This document shows, piece by piece, positions 46,101-57,881 of a stretch of DNA of 64,000 bases (position 1 is its first letter; every line of letters starts with the position of its first letter). The stretch is taken from positions 1-64,000 of the forward strand of contig CDMY01000308.1 in NCBI GenBank assembly GCA_001179505.1. The letters run 5' to 3'. The notes beneath the pieces were generated by a model. The model was not told the origin of the DNA, made no database searches, and was given only the letters and a program-made list of their open reading frames with translations. Position numbers and translations under genes: made by a program. This stretch comes from Vitrella brassicaformis CCMP3155 (Eukaryota > Protista > Chromerida).

Positions 46101-49100
46101 CACGGCTACTTGCTGACCTTTCCGCAAGTGCGGTGAGTACGAAGATGGCCATCAGAGTGGAGAGAACGAGCAGGACGTTGACAACAACGATCTGCCACAG
46201 CGAGGCACATTGGGTGCACGGCTGCTGGGGGGTTTGGCGTGAGAATCCTTCTTTGCACCGGTTGCACACGAAACCCTCATGCCCATCCTGTGACAAGTGG
46301 ACAAAACGGATATACATGAAACGCGGATGCAAAGTCAGGCTCTCACCGAGCATATGTTCAGTCCATTCCTCTTGCTGGTGCCTTTGCAGGACGACGGCAA
46401 CGGGCAGCGCATCACTATAGGCAGCAAAGTCATACCGCCACCATATCTGTAAAACACAAGCACCACACCAAAATCCCGCTCACTTCCCTTTTCTTCGGCA
46501 CTCTCATTTCATTCTTACGTTGTCACTTCTTGAGTGGCGTTGTCGGATGAGCCATATGATCGCAGCTTGACAGTGAGCTGGAAGAAGCCCGGCAGTACAC
46601 TCGCATTGTAGTTGACAGGCACCGTACAATCAACACCCGACAAACAGTCCTGACAAATCCACCTGCCGCGACTGTCGCCACTGCCGCTCTTGCGCACTCC
46701 AGCAGACCCCGCTGTGCACGGCTCGCATGGCTCGTTGCCTCGCTTCTCGTAGCCAAGGCGGCAGTAACAGGCAGTTGAGCCCTCATCAGAACCTGCCGAC
46801 AGACACATATAGTTGGAAGGCGTGTTAATGCAGTGTTCGTTTTCCTGCTGACCTGCATCATCGGGGCATGGTTTGCACGATTGTGTGCCAACTTGTCTGT
46901 TGCTGTATGTGCCAGGGGGGCACTTAGTGCAGTTGATGCCGGTGCCCTCGTAGCCGGGCAGGCAGCGACACAGCGCATCTGAGTCGAAGCTGTAGTCGAC
47001 CTATATGTAGGCGAAGAGCAGAGTAAATGCATCGGCCTGCGTCTTTAGCTTGGTTGATCCTGACCTCTAGTTGGCCGAGTACAGCGCATATCTCCGTGCA
47101 CTCAAAACGCTGCTCACCGTCCAAAGTACGTGGCGAATATCCTGCACCAGCCAGACAGAGGGCCCACGCGTGAATGTGAATGTATCTTTGTGATTTTATC
47201 TGTTTACCCTGAGGATCGGGCACGAGTGACGCGACAAAGCCAAAGATAGGGCTTAGCGGGTCGTTGTCAAACACACGGCACCGATCAGATCCTGTTGTTT
47301 GACCTATATACCTGTTTCGACGTATATCCTGACATTTCTGAAAATGTAAGCACACATTCAAAGACACACGCCAAAAGACAAACAGGAGAATACATAGATC
47401 ACAACGGCCGCCATATGTGCGCTTCACTTGTACCTCGATCGGTGTGAGGCTGATGCATGCTGGAATCTGCCCACTTTTTAGGTCCGGGTTCTGTGTCAAT
47501 CTTATAAAGAAAGACCAGAAGAACTGACGTAAGCTCTGTATTCTCTTCAACGAGTTGTTGCCGAAGTCGACAGAAACTAGCGCCCTGTCCCCGAGGCGCC
47601 TCATGTCAATGGTGGTGATATTGTTGTGCTGGAAGCGCATTTGTTCCAGTATCGGCATTGCCTGTATAGGCGAGAACACTGGCAGGTCTGGCATCTGTAT
47701 AGTATAGACAATGAGGGTGTGCTTATAAGTATTTCTACGTTTGAGCGGCTGTGTGTGTGTACCAGGAAGGATTGGACTGCCATGAACTGCTCCAAAACCT
47801 CACGGTTGAATACAAAGAATGCCTCACAGCGTATCTCGCCGTAGAGGTCACAATTCGATGCATCCAGCGTCGTCAAACTGTCATACACGTGAGAGGCAGG
47901 GCAGAAACACATCCTGCAATCAATGATGCTCACTTACTTGCTCTGCCATTTGAGGCGCATAAAAAACTCGGTCGCGTCGACATTGATAGGATTGTTGGAC
48001 ACATTCAGCTCGCGCAGGCTGCCCCAGTCGGGCGGGGGCAGGGAGAGGCTTGAATTAAGCATATCGATCACCAGACCCGACACATTTGAGATGAGAAAGC
48101 CGCTCAACGCTGTCCTCAGCCCTATCAGTTCATCACATACACATACAAGGAACACATCCATGCGAATGTGTAGTGTCCCACCTTCATTTATGAAGTCCAC
48201 AGAGCAGAGGCCTTGCCGTGTGAAGCCCGATTTAGGCCACCGACTAATGTGGTTGTTGGCGAGATTGAGATACGCTAAGTTGGGCATGAAGTGGAAAATC
48301 TTCGGTATGGCCTCTAGCAGGTTGTCTTGCAAATGCAACCAACGCAACCTTACACCCAAATGCACTCTTTGATTTGTCAGTCTACGGCACATATGTAAAC
48401 ATCTCACTAACCAATGGGGAATATCACCGGTGAATCTCGTAATGAGGTTGTTGCTGAGCGAGGCGTTCGTCAGGTTGGGGAAGAAAGACAGATCGATGGA
48501 CTCTTTCACACGATTAAATGACAGATCCAACAACTCAATGCTCTCATACTCTGCATTGTCCATCCAACCGATCAGTCTGACGAGTGACAAGCGCAGTCAT
48601 TAGTTGCACAGCATATGTGAAGGATACAGTGCTCCTCACCGGTTGTGAGATGCATAGAGTTCGATGAGATTCTGCCAAGTTGAGGGGCCAGTGGGTAAAG
48701 CACCGTTAAACTGTAACGTAAGAATATGTATAAATTCCGATTCACATTATACATCATCGTAGTCACCAAATTGTCATCAACTGATAGTCGTCGGAGCGAT
48801 GTGAGCTTACTTAGCAGCTCCAGAGTGCCGCGAAAACTGTTGCCTCTCAAACTGAGTTCCTCAATCGAGTGCCACCCCTTCAGCGTATCCGGGAGGAGGC
48901 CAGAAAGCTATGCATACCAGCATGGACGGACAGAATAATACGTAAGATATAATATCAAGTGTCTACATCGGCACATACCTGATTGCCAGTAAGATTCAGC
49001 ATGCGCAGTTTGACCAGCTGCCCCAGTTCTAATGGGAGGGAGCCGGTGAGGCCTGAGAATTCTGCAATCAATCGCGTCAAGTTGCCCGCATTTCCAAGGG

Positions 49101-50426
49101 AGGGCGGCAATGGACCGGAAAACTGAGAAAAAATACGCACAGCCACATAGCAGTAGTGGGTATGTGTTCCATTATTTTCTCTTGCATTTCTCTTGGTAAT
49201 GTTGTTGTAAGAGATATTAAGGCTATCCAAGCCGTCCATCTCGGTGCCGAGTCCGTGTGGCAACGGGCCACTGAACGCATTGTCACTCACATCTAGCATC
49301 CGCAGCCGCCTCAGCTGTGCCAATGATTTAGGCAGCTCCCCATGCAGCTCATTTCTTCTCACATCCAGTTCGCTCAATCGAGAGAGGGCGTCCAAATCGT
49401 CAGGCAGAGAACCCGTCAGGCCGATTCCGTTGAGCTTCAGTCGGGTCAGATTGCGGCAAGACGTCAAAGTCGCCGGAAACGGCCCTTCCATTTGCTTGTT
49501 ATTCTGGATGTCTAAAATGCGAAGGCGCTGAAGGCTGCCGATGTCTTCAGGTATGGCCCCTGATAGGTCTGTTTGGCTGAGTGATAGAGCCTCGAGGCGT
49601 GATAGGTTGGTTAGGAAGGGAGGAATGGGACCCCTTAGTGAATTCGCGCCCGAAATGTATAGGCCCTTCAGATAAGGCAGGTCGCCAATTGTACTTGGAA
49701 TCGTGCTGGATTCCTGAAAGAAATATACAGATGAGCATGTGTGTGTGTGTGTGTGTGTGTGTGTCAATGATGAATCAATTCTAAAAATCAGCTTACCATT
49801 ACTGCCCATATGGATATGCGCAGAGAGGTCATTTTGGCGATATCATCATGTAAGCCCCCCTCCACGGGCCCAATGAAACCCGCTGCATGACGCAGCCGAT
49901 AAAACGATTCCGAAAAAGAAAAGACCGGAGGCCTGCGGGGGCCGGAACTGAGGGGGATGAGACTGTGACTGATAAAGATGATGTAGCCCTCGCTCAGCCG
50001 CACACATGTGATGAAGGGCACGATGCACAGGTTGTCATCGAAGATGGACTTGGTCTCATTGTCCGCCAATCCAGACTCGTAATACCAATCGAACAGAGCC
50101 GCCGCATCCTCCTGACATGCATCGCACCGCTCCAGCTCCTCCATCTCGGTGTATGGAAGGACGTTGTCGCCTCGCAGCACTACTCCGCCTCCGCCATTTG
50201 GAACCTCCACGTCAGCCGAGGCGAAGGGGGGTAAGATTGAGAGCCCCCCTTCTATCCCGGGGCCTTCTATGCGGAAGCCAAACGTCTGATTGAAGCCAAA
50301 CGTCTGATTGGCTCGCTGAAGGCTTCGCTGGAAGGGCGAGGACGCAACCAGCGACGATGAGAGGCAGATAAAGACGAAGGACGGAAGAGTCGCTATGTGA
50401 TGAAAGGCACTCATCGACTCAAGCAT
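43125..50426 (-). CDS. Large receptor-like membrane protein: signal peptide, many LRRs, EGF/Cys-rich (GCC2-GCC3-like) repeats, multi-pass TM domain, cytoplasmic tail
   Basis: Plant-type LRRs (LSRLEALSLSQTDLSGAIP, LRMLDVSDNAFSGPLP, LDLSFNRV, LNLANNHI). Cys-rich units (CRCLPGYEGTGINCTKCPPGTYS, CYCRLGYEK...CEPC, FVCNRCKEG). TM block with FLYAGYR...WDAV...RR and WPF...LNR. Exon boundaries only partly resolved. Confidence 0.8.
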
Positions 50427-50606
50427 AGCTGCAATCACATTTGAGAGGGAATCTGCGAGCTCAGCAGCGATCTTCCACTTGTTTCATCGACGCCGGAGGT
50501 CCCCCCATCTGCTTCGGTTTGTTTGCTTTGCATCTCTGCAGCGATCTCTCATCTATCTCTGTTGGTGGTCTGCTTGATTTGAGGCGCTCGTCGTTCCATC
50601 GAGCAG

Positions 50607-51445
50607 ATGACGGTGTCGGCTCTATTCGCCAGGCTGGTCTCTCTTGGTGTCGTCCTCTTCCCTTCCGCTCTCGCCCAGGTCAGCCAATCGTAGAGCCAAT
50701 CGAAGAGGCACACATCCTGCGTAGCCACCCGGACGTGCATGTGCCTGCATCTCCTTCTCTGGCCTGGCAACAGGTGTCCTCAGAGCTGCCAACGCTTTTG
50801 GTGATTGGTAACGCAGGCAAGTCCAAATGCCGTGTTAGCGTGGGGAACTTGGGGCCAGGCAGCGTGAACATCAGCGCCATCGACAGCCTGAATGAGACGC
50901 TCTCAACGGCGGTCCCCATCATGGCAGGCGACACATTGACAAGAGTTCTGGAGGTGTCCCTCTCCTCGGGGGAGGTGACATTCATCTTCACAGCCGAGAA
51001 TGGGACGGAGCTGCTCCGCCAGACACTCACGAGCGACTTCAGCCCTGAAAGTCCAACTGAGCTGGAGCTCGTTGTCGGCGCCCAAATGCTGGAGGCTACG
51101 TTTGATGACGACGTGATGCGGCTGGGTGTGCGACGAAACTACGGGCCGTTTGACCTCCTGCTGAACATGAAGTACGAGGGAAACACCGACGGGAGGGAGC
51201 TGGGGGGCAATGGGACAGTCATTCGGAGGTACTCTATGTCGGATTGGCTCGGCATTACCTTCACGAAGCATTTGTGGGAAGGGGACAGCTTCTACGCGTC
51301 GCTCGCGCCAAAGGACAAGGAGGAGGGCACTGGACCGTTGGTGTTTGTGGCCATGACGAATTGGCGCACTCAGTCTGAGGCACGGCGGGGGCTGAGGGCT
51401 GAGAAGAAAGCGGCCATCGACCGCATGTTTGGATTCCGCGGATGA
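50607..51445 (+). CDS. Secreted hypothetical protein (~250 aa), divergent from the LRR receptor-like gene
   Basis: Exon 1 (50607-50678) is a signal peptide, MTVSALFARLVSLGVVLFPSALAQ. A phase-0 intron (50679-50773) joins an open exon to TGA 51445. Several NxS/T sequons. Confidence 0.65.
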
Positions 51446-52199
51446 CAAGACAGACGGAACAAGGTGCGGATAGAATGAAGAAGAGGAACACAGACTGCCG
51501 ATGCGCTGTAAACAGTGTTTTGTCTTGCTAATGCTCTTGGCTGCAGAATCTCCGCACCATTCGGTTGTCCATACAAGCGTGAGTGTCACGACACTCATAG
51601 TCGAGCAGTGGTAGTCGGGCATGGAATGAGACGAAATGATCGTCTCGTGCTGCTGTTTTGTTATTGTGGTGTTGTGTTTCGTTGGGTCAGTGCGTAATGC
51701 ATTCACTTGTCGGCTGTCTGTGCAGTGCTTGTAAGGGAGCGACTTTATCTGACTCACTGCTTGGTCCCTGCCCCCTTTTTGTGCAGGGCGGCCAGGTCGT
51801 TCCGATAAATGCAACTCACCTTTAAGGAAACGCGAGTTAGCTCAGCGGGCGAATGGGCGAAGCTAGGAATGAGTGAGGTGGAAAGCTAGCTTGATAGGCA
51901 GAGAGGCAGGGGGAAGGGCTGGCTGACTGAGTCCATCCATGTCTGCATACCTACCTGTGCGCGGATGTGACGAGTGGATCTGTGGATGGATTGATGAATG
52001 ACTCATCATGGGAACTGAATGCTGCACACACAGCTTTCGCACACGTCGTATATGTCGTTCATGGTCGTGTGGATGGACGGATGGATGGATGGCTGCGGTA
52101 TTTTGTAGTTGGTGCTCAGCTCACTCACTTGCCGTCGTTACATGAATGCCACATACACACTGGGAGACGCGCGGCTAAGGCGTATTGCTGTGTATATGT

Positions 52200-52370
52200 C
52201 GATGAGTGGGTGGGTGGGTGGATGGATGGATGCTTTTTATCAATGCTAGCTGATTGTGTGTACGGGACGCTTTGTGAAAATGTCAGTGTGGCGGGCGGAA
52301 TTGCGTCTACGTCTCACGCAGACCAGTGCATAAAGAGATGGACAGATGGACGGTGAATGGATTCAACGAG
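52200..52370 (+). repeat. Diverged direct repeat copy 2, partner at ~42285-42450
   Basis: See copy 1. Confidence 0.6.
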
Positions 52371-52688
52371 TGGGTCATATGCATATCCACACTAGGCTTG
52401 CCAGAGGAACACACCGAAACTGTCAGCAATCACCCAACAGACCACCAAACAGTCCACATGACCACCCGCATCCACTGATGCCTCTCTCCGTCCCATACTC
52501 GGTGGGTGTCTCTCATTCGCAGCTTACATGCACCCCAACCACTACACAGGCCCCCCTGCATCCCTTTCTCCTCTCTCCACCGCTGAATGATACCCAACAC
52601 ACCAACAGCTTAAAATGCCCCCAATGCACCACGCGATTCCCCCTTTCCGCCTCTCCCTCCCTCCCTCCCTCTCTACTGCAGCAGCCGC

Positions 52689-54499
52689 TCAGTCGATGCC
52701 AAGCGACACCCACTGCCCCCGCTCGTCGATGCGTCCCAGCTGCTGCCACGACAGCTGGCAGTCGTCAATGCCCAAATGCTGATTGAAGCCCTTGACTACG
52801 CCCACCAGGTCGTACCGAGCCGCCTCGTCCAGCCGGGCCCTGTGCACCACCTCACGCAGCCCCAGACGGCCACGTGTGTGCACCACCTCATTTGGGCGGC
52901 TGTCGACCCTGATGGTGAAGCACGGCAGCGGCACCCGCACCATCTCGCCGCCGACATCGGCCATGAGGCCCGCCACCTCCCTGTTGCTGCTGGCCGCAAA
53001 CACAGCTGACTCGACGAAGTGCTGCGCTGCAGCCGTCACGCGACGGGCCAGTGTGCTGTTGCGGATGCCGATGCTGCCGCTGATGGCCTCATTGTCTGCG
53101 TCTCGGTCGAAGCACATGGCGGCGATGCGCCAGCCGATGGCCTCTGCCTCGTGTGGGCCATAGCCAGCGGGGGCGGGGGGCGGACTGGCAGGAGGCGTGC
53201 CAGGGGGCTGCAGCAGGTGGGCGAGGAGGGTGGGGAGGGATTTCATGAGGAAGGCCGCGAGGCGCGTTGAGGCCGCAGGGCCGCATTGACAGCCGCCATG
53301 GCTGCTGTGGGCACCTCATTGAGCACTGCCGTGGATTCGGGCAGCACGAGCGCACGCTCCTCTGGGGTGTCTGTGAGCATGAGGTCGATGTCAGCTCCGG
53401 CTCTCAGCAATGCACGGATGGTGGGCGGGTAGAAGGGAATCTCCTTCGCGTGGAAGTCCGTCCACTCGTTGTTCTGCAAGGCGGTGCGGTGCCTCTTGAA
53501 GGCTTTGGCGGCCAAAGCCAGGGGCGTCTCGTCGGGGTCGTCCTCGGTCCCTATGTCGACGCCCTCGTCGGTGAGATGGCGACACAGGGAAGTGACGATG
53601 TGGTGCGAGCCCATCAATGCTGCCCGATGCAGAGACGTCATGGTGCTCTGACTGTACTCGTCCACTTCCGCGACGTCGGCCCCGTTGGCCACCAGCAGGT
53701 CGATGTACTTGTTGAAAAAGGCCTGGGAGAAGGGGCTGTGCCGGTAGGCCGCAGAGTGCACTCTGCTGCCGCCGTCCTGAGCTGCGACTGTGTTGTCATG
53801 GTCGATGAGCCGCTGGTAGGTTGACAGCAGCCAGGCCTCGTGAGCCTCAGTCGGCCGGTCGGTCGGCAGCGTGCGGGGCACACCCAGCGCACTTCTCAGC
53901 TGCAGCCCGTCCTGACCCATCAGCAGGTTGACGGCCCTGTCGTTGCCCGATGCGATGGCGACCTCCATGGGCGTGGTGGGTATGCTGTGCCGGGGCGACT
54001 CCTCATCGTCATCCTCGCCCTCGTCATCTCCTCTGCCGTTGACGTTCGCACCTCCTTCGATGAGGGCACGCATGACAGCGTCTTGGAGGCCGCGGGTGGG
54101 CCACATCGGCATGGCGACGGGAGATTCGTCGACTAAGTTGCCCAACCCATTATCTGGCCCCTGTGCCAAGATGGACGGCACACCGTGGTCAGTCATGTTG
54201 TCGACGGCGAGGGCGAGAATGGAATAGACATGTTCCACCCCCAGGTCGGAGCCCCGCACCCGTGGATTCGCTAGCCAATTGGGGTCGGCTCCCCGCTGCC
54301 GGATCATCGTCGTCACCTGGCCTCCACTCGTGATGGTGCGATGGAAGACGGCCTTAGCGAGCCGCTTGGTCGCCCTGTTGGACTCAATGAAGACGCCACG
54401 GTCAACGAAGCGCTCGAGCATGTGCAGGCTGACGTCAGCTGGTCGGACCCAATCACGGGGAAGCCCTGTGCCACGCGAAGCTGATGAGCCCTCGGCCAT
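52689..54499 (-). pseudogene. Ankyrin-repeat protein paralogue 2, intronless, with a 1-nt deletion frameshift
   Basis: Colinear with 10444-12302. Paralogue 1 reads CAA CGT GGC CTC GCG (QRGLA); this copy reads CAACGCGCCTCGCG, one base shorter (~53261-53266). That splits it into the 426-aa and 185-aa ORFs. A sequencing error cannot be excluded. Confidence 0.75.
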
Positions 54500-54694
54500 G
54501 GTGCTGGGCGGCTTGCGTGTCACTCACTGCATGATACATACGGACACAGCGGCAAATCGGATCAATGAATGCCTTCTCTCCTTGCTTTCCTCTTCCCACC
54601 TGCACTACGATAACGCTACTCGTGCCGGTCCTCATCAGCCATCATGCCAGCTACCGCGACGACCGCAACGCCACTATCGTCTGGTACACAGCAC

Positions 54695-56824
54695 AATGAA
54701 TGCATCCAACGTGAGGGACAACGCGTTGCGTGCGAGGTGCATGGCATGGTCTCTCGTGAGTGTGCTCACCCGCCACAGGCAGATGGATCTGGACGGACCA
54801 AGAGCTACCGATCCCCAGGCAAACGCAACAGACGCGGCGCTTCTCTGCCGCTGCCGGCATTTGCCGCCGGAGGACCGTGGCCGACGGTGGGCTTTTCAAG
54901 GATGTGGCCTCTGCGTGGCCTCCACTACTGGTTCCCCTTCCCTGCCATGAGGTCAGCCTCACTCACGCGCAGAGGTGGTTTTTGTGCAACATGCCATGCC
55001 ATCCCCTGTCCATCCGTTACACGAAACCCTCGCAACCCTGAGCCCGAAAGCCAAACCTGAATCCGTCAGCGAGGAGGTTGTGGAGGCCTGGTGGTGGAGG
55101 TCGGGTGAGTCCTGAAGCCTTTCGCTGCGAGGTGTGGCGCGAGAGGAGGGCACAGGAGGCTCAACTACTCACCCGTATCTTCTGGTACGCTCTGGGGAAG
55201 CGTGTGGGGATGGAACTGTCCCAGATCTCGGCGTCTGTATGTTCTGTGCCTGATGTCATGACATTGTGTGGCTGGCAGGGATGGACAACACCATTGGCTG
55301 CCTGCCCTACTTCGGTCACTCAGGCTCCTCAGGTCAGTCAACTCGTCAACAACACCTCCCGCCCCGCCAATGAACACACACAGATCTCTCTCCCCCTCTC
55401 TCTCTGTGGTCGCTGTCCGTGCGGTTGTGTGTGTTCAGGACTCTCCGAGTACGACCCCCTCTTGCCGCTCGAGGCCGGCCGGCCGCTGGATGAGGAAAGG
55501 GACACCATGGACGGCGGCGCGTGGCACCACATCAACACCACTACCACCAGCGCAGCCACGCCAGCGTCAGAGCAGCTGAGCCACCTGCTGCAGACCATCC
55601 AGGAGTGCAAGTGCACCACTGGCGGCGGCGCTGAGCTGCACCGCTTCGCTCACTGCTGTCTTCCCCAACAACAGCAGCCTGCAGAGTCAGGCTACGTGAC
55701 TACGCGGAGCAGCGCGTCATCGGGAAGCGGCAGCAGCGATGAGGACCAGCTGAGGGACCTTCTCATGGTGGGCCAACACACAAACACTCACACACACACA
55801 CTCACACTCGGACGATCTGTCTTGGTGCTGTTTGTTGTCGGATTCCCAGATGGGTTCGTCATTTCGTCACTGCGCCAAGGATGTGATGCTGAGCCTGCCG
55901 AGAGGGTGGGGCGAGGCCAGCTCGACGAGACGATCGGCCAGGTCTAGGGGGCGGCCCGCCAAGGTGGGACTGCGCAACAAGATCGGCACACCCATGGCCA
56001 GGGAGGACAAAGTGAAAGAGGTCAAGAGGGAGAAGCCTGCAAGTCGCTCGGAGGGACAGACACTAGCAGACGCCGCCGATGCAGCAGCTGCAGGTATGTC
56101 GGTCGGTGTGCACCGACCGACACTGATGTATTGTATCCATCTACACCTACACGCGATCCTTGTGTCCCTCCCTGTGTGTGTGGCTGTCAGTCCCTCCTCC
56201 GGCGCCCTGCACCCATCCCTGCGTGACCTTCACCACACGCGACCGGTCTCTCTACGGGCGGCCTCTCCGGCCCCCAAAAAGGTCCTACACACAAGGGCTT
56301 CCAGACGCAGATGAGACGCCGATGATCAAGCGCGCCAAGAGCGAGGAGTTCACCAGTCGTGAGCATCTGGGTTGGCTGCCGGAGCCGGATATGCCGCACC
56401 TGCCGATCCTGCGGCCTTGCATGACGCCCGAGACGACGCCCATGTTCGACGCGCTGCATATTGATGACAGCAGCTCGGTGGACCCCTATGAGCTGCAGAG
56501 CTCCATCGGCACCCCCGGGCCCATGCAGGTGGGCAGACCATCCACACAGTCTTGAAGAGATAATCCGGGGGAAAGGTGTCTCATCTGCGCGTGTGTGTCC
56601 GTGTGGATCTGCAGGGAGTTTTCCAGGAAGATGATGGCATGACGACATATGCCGCTGCTCCTCATGCTGCTGACTGTGCTGCGTCAGGGTGGCCAGGGTG
56701 GCCCCAGTATAATGACAGCTTCTGCGCCCACATGCCCGCCGTGTATGAGCACCCCTTCCCACTGCCGCTGCCAGTGCAGCAGCCAGCGATCGCCATAGGA
56801 TCGCCATGCGAGCCCTTTCTATAA
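54695..56824 (+). CDS. Hypothetical low-complexity protein with AT-hook-like motif
   Basis: A chain of GT-AG exons can be spliced in frame (…FPAM|SEEVVEAWWW|…|GMDNTIG…|GLSEYDPLL…|MGSSFRH…SRGRPAK…|…PCEPFL*). One RGRP core and basic NLS-like stretches. Confidence 0.5.
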
Positions 56825-57387
56825 GTAGTGTCCGTCTGTCTGTCTGTCTGTCTCCCTGCCTGTCCGTCTCTCTGTCTGCTCGTGTGTGTGTGTGAGTTGG
56901 GGGGATGAGTGACGTGTGTTTCTGTCTGTGTGTGAACCGCCATCTCGCATCATCGATCGGGCTTTCCACGTGTGTGTGTGTGTGTCCGTCTCTCTCTCTC
57001 TCTCTCTCTCTGGCCTGTGTGCACCTTCTTCATGGCTGGCTTTTTTAGTCTGGGGAATGCAGTAAGGCTAGAGCCACTGAATCCAATGAAGAAATGGAAC
57101 GAATGCGATGAATATACAGTACACTCTGTCTGTTTGCCTGTCCGTCTGTCTGTCTGTCTGTCTGCGTTTATGTCGGGGGAGGATTGTTATCTGAGTCTGA
57201 GATTCTGATAGACACACATACAAGACACATCCGTCACACTTTATATATTATATATGGGGTTAATCGAACAACCAAACAAGCGAACGCACAACGGTCCTCT
57301 TTTGGTCCTTTATTTCCGGTCCATGTGGGAGGGGAGGGATCCTTGTGTGTGTGTGTGTGTTGGGCTCGGGGCTGGGGGGTGGTGCTG

Positions 57388-57420
<33 letters not shown>

Positions 57421-57881
57421 CCTCCACACACACAACATGACGCTCACCGGCTCTCTCAAGCAGTAGTTCGCTAATTGAGACGGACGGAGTAAGGACGACA
57501 AACACGCCGTCGGCCTATCTGTCGGCCTCTCTGGGCTGAGCTAAGCTGAGCTGAGCTATCCTGCGCTTTGTGCGAGAGAGTCTGAGAGTGACTATACCAT
57601 TCCGCTTGGGGTGTTGCGGGCTGGCGGGTGAAATCGCTGTGTGTGTGCCGGGGATGGACTGAGTGCACGGTTTAATCGGACTGACACCTGACCTGGATAC
57701 ACTTTTGGATGGCAGCATAGCACAGAAGGGTCACACAAGACACCCAACAGAAAAATCAATCCGCCCACCGTTGCGGGCCGACAAACACGCACACACGCAG
57801 CGTGTTACAATCGAATCACACCTCTCTCTCGCTCTCTCGCGAGCCCACACACACACACATACACACAGACAGACAGGCTGT

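Noticed and set aside
51626-51650. GAGACGA-N5-TCGTCTC palindrome downstream of the secreted protein gene
   Set aside because: A 7-bp stem is expected by chance in 64 kb, and nothing else supports a terminator or element end.
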